The notes beneath the pieces were generated by a model. The model had not been told where the DNA came from. It did no database searches and worked only from the letters and a program-made list of their open reading frames with translations. The position numbers and the translations under genes were made by a program. From assembly GCF_018977255.1 (NCBI RefSeq), contig NW_024704742.1:103170001-103234000 (forward strand): a stretch of 64,000 nt of DNA, given 5' to 3'. Below are positions 37,812 through 51,110 of the stretch, piece after piece (the stretch's first letter is position 1; the number at the start of each line of letters is the position of its first letter). Source of the DNA: Callorhinchus milii (taxonomy: Eukaryota).

Positions 37812-38292
37812 AAATAATAATAATCCTTACAATTGATATAGTGCCTTATCACGTAGTTGAGACATCTCAAAGTGCTTCACAGAATATATTGTAAAGTGGA
37901 ATGATTGTATTTTGTGGGTGAACCGCAGCAGCCAATTATAATAATAATAATAATCCTTGCATTTGATATAGCGCTTTTCACATTGGGAGGACGTCCCAAA
38001 GCGCTTCACAGAACACACTGTAAAGTGAATTGACTGTATATTTGTGGGCGAACGCGGCAGCCAATTGCGCACAGCAATGTCCCACAAACAGTCGTAGATT
38101 GAAAAATGACCAATTTAATTATTGTTTTTGTTTTTTTGGAGGGATTATTATTAGGCATGTGGAGTAAGGAAACTTGCCCAAGGTTTCGCCCTGCCTGGAA
38201 TTGAACTCAGGTCTCTCGCTTGCAAAGCGAGTGCTCTAACCACTGAGCTACAGGACTCCTCCTTATACAATTGCACACAGCAGTGTCCCACA
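37812..38292 (-). mobile_element. Full SINE family A copy (37938-38258) nested in an older copy
   Basis: Two tails in tandem; the older copy resumes at about 38268 (caattgcacacagcagtgtcccaca). Confidence 0.85.
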
Positions 38293-38983
38293 ATCTATAC
38301 TAAAATTCTTTCCTTGGAATGATCCAAGGAAAGGATCTCTATCTCTCTCTCTTTGACTACAAAAACTTGCCTTAAAACTTGATGGCCAGTCTTTGCCTAA
38401 CACCCTCAAAATCCCATTCATTTCCACCCTGTTTTGTGATTCCCCATCATCTTTTTTCCAGGCATTTCTGATAGAATTGTGGTGCTTCTGTTTCTAGGTG
38501 AGATTGTGCTTTTGGCTGTCATACCTGTGAATCACTCACTTGCTTCAAACCTAGTCCCAATGCAGTATTATTGCTCTGCACTGCTTCAGATTGCTCCGTA
38601 AAGGTATCAACTGGAAGATACAAGAAGCATCTATCTCAATTGTTGATTCATGTTGGTATTGGGGGTTTGTTGTTGACACAACGTTTTGTTTGGACACTGT
38701 CCTTCAGGACCTCGTTGAGAAGGGGCAATGGATACTCTGGTCATTCTGGTTTTGCTTTGAGTATAATTATTTCCAAAGTGCGCAGACATTTCAAAATGTA
38801 TTCCATGTGGCAATTAGAGCCACAATTTTACCCAGACTTTGAACACTGTCATGTTTAAGGAATTGTGCCAGTTATGAATGTACTTGTGAAAAGCCTTGAA
38901 TTTTACCCCTTTTATCTGTAAATGGAGACAGGGTGAGTGGTGGATTCAGGTGTATGGTCATTTTACCTAGAATTTTCTTGCAG

Positions 38984-39237
38984 AGTAACGGTGAGAAAGC
39001 AAAAGAAGAAACAATCAATCTGATGGACCGTCTGAGCAACATCCTGGTGCAGCGCAAAGTGGAAATGGTCCATTCAATCGAGGAGACCCATTCTTCAAAG
39101 CTGGAGAGACTCCGGAGTCAAATGGATGAATATCAGGGGATGCTGGAATACAGTGGCTTGGTGGGATATGCTCAGGAGGTACTGAAGGAAACGGACCAAT
39201 CCTGCTTTGTGCAAACAGCAAAGCAGCTACACACTAG
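38984..39237 (+). CDS. TRIM36: TRIM36 exon 6, coiled coil / start of COS box
   Basis: ttcttgcag|AGT; SNGEKAKEE...EYQGMLEYSGLVGYAQEVLKETDQSCFVQTAKQLHT; donor TAG|GTGGG, phase 2. Confidence 0.96.
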
Positions 39238-40241
39238 GTGGGTTCTTGTGGAGAAGTAAGGATGTCACTCATTCCTGTACCAACCACAGCACTCACATGT
39301 TTTGCATGGAGGCTGGGTATATATAGAGTATACACTTAAATAAATGCAGAACATAGTCTTAAAAAATAGTTAAGGTGGTTAAAAGGAAATGAAGGGTACA
39401 TTTCTTTCCACAAAGTGTTGCGAGAATGTAGAATGAATTGCCCCAGAACCATAGACGTAGAATTGATTGAGTTGTTTAAAAGAGAAATAGATAGCTAGAG
39501 AGTATGAGAGTTAAGGGATTGTAGAGATTAGAAGCTGCTATCAGATAATAAAATAGTTCAGTGAGTTGAATGGTCTCTATTTTGCAACATTCTTAATATC
39601 ACACTAGAATGTGCAGTTCTGATGACCTATGAGCAGGGCTTCATTCCAAAACTCAGGAGGAGCTGAGCCGGTCTGGAGGTTCCCTGCTTTGGGATGGTGC
39701 AATAACTTCTCTCTAACATGCTTTGACTTTTACAAGTACTGGAGGTTAAGCAACAACAGAATTGTTTTCATTTGGAAGAAAAAGGTCACGTAGCTATCAT
39801 CCCTGAACTGCATCATTCACAGCACCTGGAGGATTCCTATCGGAACAAAAAATGTTCCAACATAATGGTTTCCACCAGTGCTCCCTAGGACTGAGCCAGC
39901 AGATCCGCTCCATGTGTCACACTTGCCAAACCCCAGCAACAATTCAATCTGAGAAAAAGTAACTTCCAGCAGCCATTACACCATTTACAACACCCATTTA
40001 CAGGCTAGGCATACACTCTGCAGCAATGAATGCAAAATGTGTCCCAATGGCCTCAAAGCAAAATCACTGGCCTCTCTCCAGCACCCTGAAAGGCAAATAA
40101 GCCCATTTCTGTTGCCACGCTCACAGTCAGCTTTGTAACGTAGTACATCTTTGGTCTGAAGAGTGCTGTTTCGACAAGCCTTTTGTAATTCTGTCTCTCT
40201 GAAGGAAAGGCTTTACGATTGGTAACACTTTTGTGTTTCAG

Positions 40242-40363
40242 GATTCGTACAGCCACTGAATCACTGAAAACCTTCCAGCCAGCTGCGGAGCCTTCCTTCA
40301 CAGAATTCACTCTGGACACTTCCAGGGAAGAGGAGCTCCTCAAACACTTGTCCTTCACATATG
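40242..40363 (+). CDS. TRIM36: TRIM36 exon 7, COS box
   Basis: tgtttcag|G; (R)IRTATESLKTFQPAAEPSFTEFTLDTSREEELLKHLSFTY; donor ATG|GTGAGT; phase 2/1. Confidence 0.95.
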
Positions 40364-41226
40364 GTGAGTGTCTCTGCAGTAAATCTTCACTTGGATTCAT
40401 ATCCCTGACTGTGCTGGCTGTACTTTAGCTAAAATAAGTCAGCAAGGTTTGGCGTCCTGTCCAATTCCTTGTGGTAGTCCAACAGAGTGACAGGGTGGTA
40501 GAGTTTGACAGAGTACAGGGTGTCCAGAAAGTTCTCCTACCCCTGATTACAAAACAGCAATATGAGACTATGGAGGAGCTGAAACAAACTGTCAGAATGC
40601 ATTTTGCCTCGTCACTCCATCTTGTTGCACTGAACATGGCAGTAATTCATTATCTGCCATGAAAATGAAGATGCTCACACCGATCACAAAGAATGATATT
40701 TGCATAACTCAGCTTCATCTTTTCAGCTCCACCGTACACGGTTAGTATTATGTCCTATGCCTAGGAGAGGTACAATATAGATACACAAACACCGCTAATT
40801 TTTTAATTGATATTCCACCAGAGCAGGGTCCAAAGCAAAAGGGATAATTGTATGGACTGTGCTGAGTTAGCTGATCTGAGCCACGGCTTTGCTGTGTCTG
40901 GATAAGGAAAGAGAAAATCACCTTGGTTTCCTTTTCCTGAGTAGTGTTCAGTGAATACTGCTGGAATGTGCATAGATGTGACTATCAGGCAAGGAAAGAA
41001 CTGAGCTGTTAGTTGCTGTCTCAGCTCACTCGTGGAGAGTGACTTTATAAGAGAAGTACAGAACTGCAGCCAAACCCCAGTTAGTGACTTTGAGAGAGGT
41101 AAATCTGAGAAAATTAATAATTTTAGTAATATAAAATAATATTAATAATAAAATATCATTTTTATTGTAAATTAATAACACTTTTGTAGTTTAGTAAATT
41201 ACTACTAAATAGTAAATTACTACTAT

Positions 41227-41335
41227 TGACTAAGACTAGGTAGAATTTTGGGTCTCTGGAGTTATTACTAAATTACTACTAAACAGTAATTTAGTAATAA
41301 CTCCAGAGACCCGAAATTCTACCTCGTCTTAGTCA
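41227..41335. other. Near-perfect inverted repeat: 51-bp arms, 7-nt loop
   Basis: 41227-41277 versus the reverse complement of 41285-41335: 49 of 51 positions match. Confidence 0.9.
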
Positions 41336-44300
41336 GTAAGATTATCTTACATTTTGCACAAAATTCTTAGAAATCAGTTTTCATTTGAAAGCTGGTTCTT
41401 TTAAGAACTGAGGAGATCTGGAAATGTTGGTTGTGGGTGGGAGCGTTTTCACTAAGAATAAGAACAGAGTGATTAGTTCAGATAATTAGTCATTAATATA
41501 TATATTTAACACAGAACTCTTAGTTTGATTTAGAGGCCATTCAACCCATCAGACCAGTTCATTGTACCTTGTTGTCCACATGTTTCACATACCTATCTAA
41601 CCCCCATACCCACCCCCAAAAAAGTTGTAACGCAGAATTATGTTTTTTAAAGCAAAGGAGCAAATGGTATAAAGTAAACGAACAATAAATGTGTTTACGT
41701 AATGAAGCACATCATTGGCAGTCAAGGAAGAGGCTAAATGGAATATCTGGTCAGTTTAAATTCCACGATAAGGCTACTGGACCAACAGATAAGTGCGATT
41801 AATATCATACTAGAATTGGAAAGTGACCTTTTGCACCATGTGCTGTGTTAGCAGTCCTTGTCAATGACTCTCATTTACAATTTTCCTGACTGCCAGGACT
41901 GCAATCTTTTCACAATAAATCTCCTCCTTTCCTGAATCCATTTCTAAGAGATTGACGTTTTCATATTGCATTTCCCCCACACATCTGTTGCATGGTTCAA
42001 ATCCACCATTTTCTTAAAAAAAATCTGAATTTTAAGAGAAGAAATGCCACTTTAATACAGATCCTCCACTTGCACCACCATCATGTGCAGCATTACCAAG
42101 AAGTGCAGTTGAGCTATTTCCATGCCTGTGCTATTGGAAGGTCACTAGCAGGTGTGCACAACTCTACTCTATGTATTTTATTTCCCCTTTCCTCCATTAT
42201 TGTGGCTACTGTCCACTCACCCCAGTGCCGCACTTGGGCAAGAAATAACTGTGTGGACAGTTGAGCCTAAAGCTGTGTTGTGTTCCCTGTGGTGCAGCCT
42301 GTTGCCTCAGCTCATCTACTTCCTTGTATAAAGATTATGCACAATTCAGGGGAGGCGATAAAACAGCAGTATTCCCAACAGGATTTGTGTCAATCATATT
42401 GTACCTGTACAGGACGTGTATCACTCTGATTCCATTCCGATTCTGTGAATAAAATCTCTTGAGTACCTGCGAGTTGCTGTGATGCACAATATGTACGGAT
42501 CCTTTGTGAATACTGTGTTTTTGACTCCAATCACTGTAGATGTAACTGGTACATTTATATCAATTATTCCTGTAGTAATACCTTAGCATCTGACACTTCA
42601 GGTAAGAAATTAGTCTTTTTCAGCTCAGTTAAATTTCACACTGACTCTGGCATTCTGCTGCTTTAATGGGGACTTAATTCAATTGGATCAATACATGCCT
42701 TAAGATTGATGATAAACGATGCTTTCAGGCTGGTCTTACCCTCCACGGACACGACCTGCACTGAAGCAGGATGTTGTTTAGATTATATGCTACATGTTTC
42801 ATGCCATTTACAGACTAAATTCAGGACCTGATGGTAGTAATACAGTCTGTTATTGATTCAGTAAGAATCGCTTTCAAAATATTAATGGCTCTGACTCTCA
42901 CTTTTCAAGATACATTATCCACTAAAAGCCTGAGTGCGGATATTGACTTTCTGGTGTTTACTTGATGTTCAAGCTGTTGAGCCATATCTAGAGCCTCTGT
43001 AGATATTTGGGTATAAACACTCTATACCTGCATTCGCTCACAAAACACAGTCACTGCACTTTACAGTATAGCCTGTGAAGCACACTTCTTTTTGACTTGA
43101 AAGATGTATATTATTATTTTTTAAAAAAAAGAACTTAGGTGAAGGGATGAGACCCATAACATTAAGTTTAAAAAGAGTAGCAGAGTGATAAGGTAAATCA
43201 AGTGGAAGTCCAACATTTTGGACTTTAAATCCTGTAGATTTATTTTAACTGCTTTGAAACCTCCTCTGAGACATGAAAGGCACAATATAGTGTAAATTGT
43301 ATTTTTGGGGGGTTAGTCATGTAACTGATGGATGTGGAAACCCATCACCATAAGTACAATTATCCAGAACGATGATGACGAAACAACGACTTGCATTTCT
43401 ATAGCACCTTTCACTCAGTGTAGAGGACTAAATAAATGCAAGGTGGTGATTCAGAATGCTTATCCAGACTGATTTCCCCTTGGGTATGCCACCTACATTT
43501 GACATTTCCCTATGTCTGGAATGAAATGTACATTCTCTCCCTGGGAGGTAAGTACCTTGTTTTACAGAGTATTATTAATTAATAATTTTGCAGAGTATTA
43601 GGCGGAGGTTTGCAAATGGACATTGGGATATTTCTGGACTTTAACCAGCTATAACCACATATCTTGTTAGGAAGGGCATGTACGAGGAAGATAAAGGAAC
43701 TCTACAATCTTGAGATCTTGAGAATGAATGAGTTAGTGCGCAGTAAAGATGTAGGGAGGGTGCAGAGTGTGTAAGTGTGTGTTGTATAATAAGAGTAATC
43801 CTATCATTTGATGTAGTGGCTTTTATGTCAATAAGACATTTCAAAATGCTTCAAAAGAATTACTGTAAAGTGGAATGAATTGGGGTTGAATTGTGTTGAG
43901 CTTGAGAGGAATGAGAGAGGAATGAGCGGGAGCAGTGGCTGAAATAGTGTTAATAAAATCAAAGGACAGTGAAGACTGATATGGAGAGAGGATGGAAGCT
44001 GAAGGTGAGGAAAGATCCCAAGACTTTCCTTGTATCCTTTCCGGGAATATGAGAAAGGTCTCCTTTAGAAAACTAGAGGACCCTCACAAAATATATAAAC
44101 AACATTTAAGTCTTGGAAAAACATAGATTTTCTGAGAGTTAAGCATTGCTTAATAGAAAAAAAATACTTTGCATGATACAGGGAAATGTGTCCTGCAAAC
44201 TGGTTCAGCAATGAAAAACTTATGAAAATTCTACTTGAAGTCAGAGAGTTGGAGGAATTTATTTCAGCTCTTTAGTCCTTTTACAGGCACTTCTTGTGAT

Positions 44301-44819
44301 GAGTAATGAAGGGATGTTTCCCACAAACAACAAATTGCTTTCATTGAATTCTCTGGTTTCACATCCATTTGATCCTGATTTTAGTGTAGCATTTTACAAA
44401 TTAGTTTAGCCACTCAGGAATCATAGAATCATAGAATAGTGAAACTACTTTCAGCAATTGGTTCTGAACTTTGAGACAGAAATGTAAATAGGAATATTAA
44501 ATATCAGTCAATACTGTATATAACACTACACCCCAGGTTCCAAGTGCCTTCTGATTTTAATGTTAATAAAATTGGCCATTCACTTTATGGCTTCCTTGTG
44601 GGATATTGCTGTGCGCAAATTGGATGCCGCTTTCATTTACCCAGTTACTACACTTTACAGTAAACCCTTGAAGCACTTTGAAAAGTCTTTCTGACATGAA
44701 AAATTCTATATCAAATACAAGGATTATTGTTCTTATTATTAGGTGAACACTATTGTAGATATGAGCTGTGAGTGACCTGCATATTGCTACTGTGTTTATT
44801 TACTGCATTATTGCTACTG

Positions 44820-45075
44820 TGGAGTCCTTAGCTCAGTTGTTAGAGCACTCGCCTCGCAAACGAGAGACAACAACAACATAACAACAAAATTACATTTATA
44901 GAGCGCCTTTCACGTCGGGAGGATAATCCCTCAAGAAAAATAAATAAAAATAATAATTTGGACACTCAGTCCACGACAGTCAAAATATGCAGTCAATTCA
45001 CTTTACACTATAACCTGTGAAGCGCTTTGAGGCGTCTAGAAGACGTGAAAAGCATTATATCAGATGCAAGGATTT
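44820..45075. mobile_element. Scrambled SINE A: head (+), L2-type tail (-), SINE tail (+)
   Basis: GAGTCCTTAGCTCAGTTGTTAGAGCACTCG head, then (caa)n...gcgcctttcacgtcgggagga, then cagtcaattcactttac...atgcaagga. Confidence 0.75.
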
Positions 45076-45118
45076 GTTTATTGATGTGTAGAATGCTCAT
45101 TTGTCATTAATGCTTTAG

Positions 45119-45412
45119 TTCCAGAAGCTCCACTTATTGACCTGAAGGAGAGCCATCTATATAACCAAGGTCTCATCTGCTGGCAGCAGCCCAGCGGCAC
45201 CCCTTCAGTCGACCATTACAGGCTCGAATACAGGAAACTTGACCAGGAGGGAGACTCTCCCTGGGTGTGCACTGAGGACGTGGAGAGCACGAGTAAAACC
45301 ATCCCTGGCCTGGACATCGATAGTGTTTATCTCTTCAGAATCAAGGGTTGCAAAAAGTCTGTCTACAGCAACTATAGCAAGGAGGTGTCTTTCCATACGC
45401 CACCTGCCCCAG
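45119..45412 (+). CDS. TRIM36: TRIM36 exon 8, fibronectin type III domain
   Basis: ctttag|TT; (V)PEAPLIDLKESHLYNQGLICWQQP...DHYRLEYRK...YLFRIKGCKKSVYSNYSKEVSFHTPPAP; donor CAG|GTATGG; phase 1/1. Confidence 0.93.
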
Positions 45413-45844
45413 GTATGGCCTTTGGTAAAGGGAGGTGTGGGGTGGGGTGGATTACTGAATTACCTGTATAATTACAGTTGCATTTCTAACTTTAATAATA
45501 ATGTATAAAATGTATTATTTTCAAAAGAGAAGAGCAGGTCTTCAAAGCTCTCGATGAAGACTTTTTCAAGCCCTAAACAACACTTGTGGTTTCTATCTCG
45601 ATGCAGTTGATGGCGATTTACCTGTACATGTTAATAATGCCCCAGGGGCATTGTGTCGTACTTTTTTAATCTTTCTTTCACAGTAGTCAGTTCCATTCAT
45701 TTCGTACGCACACTTGCTTTCCTTCTCTTGAGGAGGAGCCTGAAAGAAAACAGGAACAGAACCCACCTCAAAGATTATAAAGGATTTTGAAGTCATTAAC
45801 CTGCCCTGAGCTGCCTTGCTTAAGATTCACTTAGAGAGAAAAAA

Positions 45845-46045
45845 AATTTGGTCACTTAATCCACAACTGTTTGTGGGACATTGCTGTATGCAGTTGGCTG
45901 CCACAATTTCACCCACAAAATATACAATCAATTCATATACTGTACAGTATATTCTGTGAAGCGCTTTGAGACGTCTTAAAGATGTGATAAGACGCTATAT
46001 CAAATGCAAGGATTATTATTATTAATAGTAGTATTATTATTATTG
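45845..46045 (+). mobile_element. SINE 3' half with (TTA)n tail
   Basis: tgtttgtgggacattgctgt...ctatatcaaatgcaaggattattatt. Confidence 0.85.
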
Positions 46046-47379
46046 ATATTGGCTTCCTGCTTAGCGAGGATTATTTTTGAACATTAAAATTCATCCCTTC
46101 TATTTGGGAATCCAGGATGACAGCACCCAAGCATTTTCAGATGGGTTTGGGCACTACCATTATTCAGAAGTTCAGGACAGTATCTCAAAACACATATTGA
46201 TAAAAAAAATTAAATATCAGTGGAGTGTTTTAGGAATGACACAATCTTTGCAATACTGGCTGGATTGTTGTAAGACTTCTAATGGATAAAATTCACTCCA
46301 AGTTTTTATAGCAGTTGATAATGATAGATCCCACACGAGTAGTAACAGATATAACCTGTGGCATATTTATCACGGGTAATGTCTAAATTTTATGACTCCG
46401 GTAAAGAATTTTGCAGAGCGTACAAACCAGAGATAATGGTTAAGCTTTCTAAGGGTTAAAGGGTAAGTAAGCTGTTTATGTGTTGTGTTTTCCAGATAAA
46501 TGGAATAATTGGTTTTAAGTTTAGTGGTAAATGGAAACAAATTGAGCTTTCTGTACAAATGTCACACATGACAAGGTAAAAGGATTATGGAGCAAGCTGG
46601 CAGTCTTGTTCCATTGTTAAGATTTGTAATCATGGAAAATGGAAAGAATTTCTGCTGCAAGAGCTGCTTAAACCTTAGTTTATAACATAAGCCACTTTGA
46701 AAAGGCCTTGCCATTTCTGACAGCTCAGGACCGGATTTGCAAACTCATGCTTTAGGGGCATTTTTAATAAAATAGGGATACCAGTGGATGTCAAAATATT
46801 GCATTACGAAAAAAGCCATACATCACATTGTACATGGTTCTTCTGTTTTTTTAAGTTTTCATCAGGTTTAGGCCAAGCCACGTTTTTCTAATCACTTAAA
46901 AGTCATTCATGAGCCTGAGAATGTGGATTTCACCCCCTCGCTGGTTGATCATATGTTTGTTTGTTTATTTATTTATAAATTATATTATTTCTTTATATTA
47001 TATTCAGCAAATTATCAACTCTCTCTCTCTCACCTTGTTCAAGGTCCATCTCAAGACCTACCTCTTTAACTGCACTTTTGATCATCTTTCCCCTCCACAC
47101 CCCCGCAGCTCATATCACCAATTTGTGTGCTCAGCCTGGACTGTTAAGTGCCTTGAGATGTCCTCCTGACGTGGAAGGTGTTATGTAAAAACAAATTGTA
47201 TTGCATCAATCCCAGAAAAGCGATATTAGAAAAACATTTGGAATCGCCTCAATGATTAAAAATTAAATTTTTTTAAAAAAATTGGAGGTTGAACGAGATA
47301 GAAAGTGTTGAATCCACTTACCAAAGAGGTGCTTCACCTACTGGTAGATATTGACTGTTCATTAAAAAGTCACAAAAGT

Positions 47380-47590
47380 GCAGTTTCTCCCCGAGTCTCA
47401 CGGGATCTTTAACGTCCACTTGAAAATAGTCAAGTATAGTTTCTAACCTGAAAGACAGCACATTGCAACTATACAGCACTCTCCCACATTATACTGCAAG
47501 GCTAGCTCCTAGACTATGACACAAGCCATGACTTGATGCCTTAAACCCACAATCTCAGACACAGGTGAGACTGCTGACAACTGAGCCAAG
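47380..47590 (-). mobile_element. DeuSINE-like family B, 5' part
   Basis: Reverse complement of the head and of gtggacgttaaagatcccgtg. Confidence 0.65.
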
Positions 47591-48209
47591 TTTACTAACG
47601 TGAACCTGATGGAATCAAATATGTAGCTAAAATGTTGTTCTCTGACTATAATGTATTCAACAGGCTGTACCAGTGGATGGGGCACGTCAGAACAAGTGAG
47701 CAGCTTCCTCTGCCTTTTTCCAATTTCTGAACATATCATTCATCTTCAGAAAAAGTGTAGAGGTTTTTAACATGAAGACAGTAGTGCATGTGTGATATAG
47801 CTCTTCAGTCCACAGGGATTAATTTTGCACTCATTGACCAATTTATGCAGGAAATAATAGTCAAACCCTATACAGATTATTATTAGAAGTAGGTCACTGC
47901 AACACTATGCTTGGTGTTAATGGGTTCTGCATTCATTACATAATTCTTACATAACCTGAATCCACCAAGAATCAGGCTGGACAGTGATCAGCATAATTCA
48001 TTACTGCTTCACCTCATATGTTCTTGGACTCTTCTTTAATTTTTGTCTTTTTATTCATTTCTGTTTATTTCTTTTGCAAAATCTGTTCACTAGATCACAA
48101 CATCACAAAATTTGTCTGGATTGATCAATCCCAACCAATCTCATCCCTCCAGAACCCCCAGCCTACCACAGCCCATCAACTCTCTCTACAAGATTATTGG
48201 TACCGTTAG

Positions 48210-48850
48210 GTGTTAGCCTGGCTTAGCTGGTCGGACTCTCAATTCTAAGTCAGAAGGTTGTTAGTTTAAGCCCGAGGTCAGGACCTTGAACTCAGTCTAG
48301 TCTGGAGGTGTGCTGCATTGCTGCTGTCCTTCAGATGAAACGTTAAACTCAGGTCCAGTCTGCCTGTTTAGGTAGATGTTAAATATCCCCTGCATTATCA
48401 AAAAGAGAAGAGAGTTTCTCCTGGTGTCCTGGAAAACAATACCCTTAAATAAAATTGGTCATTCATCTCATGGCTTATTATTATTATTTGTTATATTCCA
48501 CATTTCAATTAATTTGCTTATTTTTCCTCAATTTCGCTTCAAACCACCTCCTCCTCGCTCCTAAATTTCCTTTAACTTAACTCTCTCAATGATGTATACC
48601 GTTTGCGAGATGAGAAGGTGGACAGGGGACCTGACTTGAAGTTGCTCCTTATTCTGTTTGATATTGTCCTGGCCAACAATCCCCCAAAATGAAATTGGTC
48701 ACTCACTCCATAGCTGTTTGTGGGACATTACTGTGTGCAACTGGCTGCCCACAAAATACAAAGTCAATCCACTTTGCAGTATATCCTGTGAAGCGCTTTG
48801 AGAAGTCTCAATGGCAATCTAAATCAAATGCAAGGATTTATTATTACTAT
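48210..48850 (+). mobile_element. DeuSINE-like family B, split into two pieces (48210-48480 and 48665-48850)
   Basis: Head, central domain and tail motifs as in 34022-34447. Confidence 0.72.
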
Positions 48851-50731
48851 TATTGATTCAGGCTGACCTGCCTTTGTTTTGTCCCCTGGTCTTTGGGTAA
48901 CCATAGCATATTGCCTGATGCTGCACTGAGGTTGTGAACCTGCTGTGTGAATACAGAGGGGATGGGAAGTGGCTGCAGTGGACCTTGTCTCCTGAAACAA
49001 TTCTAATTTACTGATACGATTGCATGAACCCTTCACATTCTCTTTTAAAACACTGCTCACTTTCTGTAGATGGGGCCGAAATATTTTTTTTCTTTTGTGT
49101 TCAATTTCTCAGCCCTTTAGATCTAGATATTCGAAAATGATTCATCGGGTACTTCTTGGCAAAAGCCCCGATTGCATTTAGAGATAGCAGGAAACAACAA
49201 GTTTCCATTTTTGTAGTGCTTTATCATATGACATTTCAAATAGCACTGCAGGTAATGGCTTGTGTATTAACATGACAGTTATTTTGTGCACAGGAAAATC
49301 CCACAGTTATCAGGTGAACAACCAAATAATCTGGAGCGTTGTTGGCCAGGACAGTACGAGAAACTTCCTTGTCTTTTCAAATCGTGTTGTGGGATATTCA
49401 TCTGAACAGGCAGTCGACATCTTGTCTTTTGGATGAGATTAAAACAATGTGGCCTTGTCCCCAAACTGCATTTGAATCCTAACTATGACCTTAAGTTCTA
49501 ACAAAGAGGTTTATAACAAAGTTCATCTATAGTTAGCTGCAGTGGAGGATGGAACACCAGTATAGGCTGCTTCTCTGCTGTATTTCTATACTTTCACATC
49601 GGGAGGACGTGCCAACATCAACAGTGTACCATCGCATCCTGAAAATGGGGAAGGAAGTGGCAAGGATTAAATTAGGGATCTTGCAAGCATAGAAATTACA
49701 GCATAAAAGCAGATAATTAATAATTACATAAGAATTATCAAATAATAATACTAAATAACAATTATTATAACTATTAATAATTATTGAATAATAATAATCT
49801 ATGCATTTGGTGTAGCTCCTTTCACATCGGGAGGACTTTCTTAATACCATTCAATGGGGGGGGGGGATTTTCTTATGGCTGGCTTTGTCACTCCAGAGTT
49901 ACCTGATCAGACCAGTCTCCATTACAGAGACATTCATTGTACAGTTTGTAGTGCACTTCAAGGAGCTTTCATTTAATGGTCATTTGGCTTAGTTTGAATA
50001 GAATAGCTTGAACAGAGACTGCACAAAAAGAGCTTATTAGCAATGTTTTCCAAACAAATGCTTTACTCTCCCACCAGCATTTTTTTTAATTTGAGGAACT
50101 TTTTTTTGAAACAAACATAAGATTTTTACCCCCGGGCACCTGCTATTAGTTATAACATCATTCTTCCTTCAGTGACCCTTTTATTTAGTTTTCAAGGGCC
50201 CTTTGCAAAACAGCAATTAAAACTTGTATCAGATTTTAACAAAATAAAAACTACATGCATCCAGCTGGTAAGATATATGAAGTGTTCGCTGTGCCATCAG
50301 CTTTGAAACGTAGTCTTAAAAGAGTTACATTCCAACAAACGCTGGTTTGAACAGGTTTGAAGGCAGTTTCAACAGGATGTAGTGTAATACTTAAAGGAGC
50401 AAACCAGAAATGACAAGGAATCAGTTTGCTACCACTGGTATGCCTATGCCAAGGAATGTTCATCGTAATAATCATTTACTGGAGAGTGCTACCTACTGAG
50501 CCAGGCTGACACGTATTGAAGCTGGTAAATAATTGGTACTATAAAGCCAAGATTCTCAATAATATTAAATTGCAACTGAATTCTCTGCACTTGTTTTAAC
50601 TTGTTTACCCTTTTCCAGTTAAATGTTCTCTTGGTTCTTCCTCCCTGCCGAGCATCGGAAGTCTCTGACAATGAAGTCCTTCCAGACATCTTGGCCTAAC
50701 TGTACTAATTGTTTATCAGCTTCAATACGTG

Positions 50732-51110
50732 TCAGCCTGGCTCAGTTGGTGGCACTGTCGCCTCCGGGTCAGAAAGTTGTGGATTCAAGCCTCACTTTGT
50801 GCTCATACTCTAGGCTGTCACTCCAGTGCAGTGCTGGTGCAGTACTGCATTGACAGGGGTGTCGTCCTTTGGATGAGACATTAAAACTGTTTGCCTCTTC
50901 AGGTGAACGTTAAAGATCCTGTAACACTATTTGAAAGAGAAGGGATTTTCTCTCAGTGTCCCAGCTATTAATCCTCCAGATAAAATTATCACTGTCTGTG
51001 GGACATTGCTGTTTGCAAATTGACTGCCACATAGTTGCCACACTTTAGAGCAATTCCATGTGAAGTGCATTTCAATGTAATAGGTGCAATACTATATCAA
51101 ATGCAAGTAC
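50732..51110 (+). mobile_element. DeuSINE-like family B, near full length
   Basis: tcagcctggctcagttggtggcact...gtggattcaagcc...tttggatgagacattaaa...tail. Confidence 0.8.
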
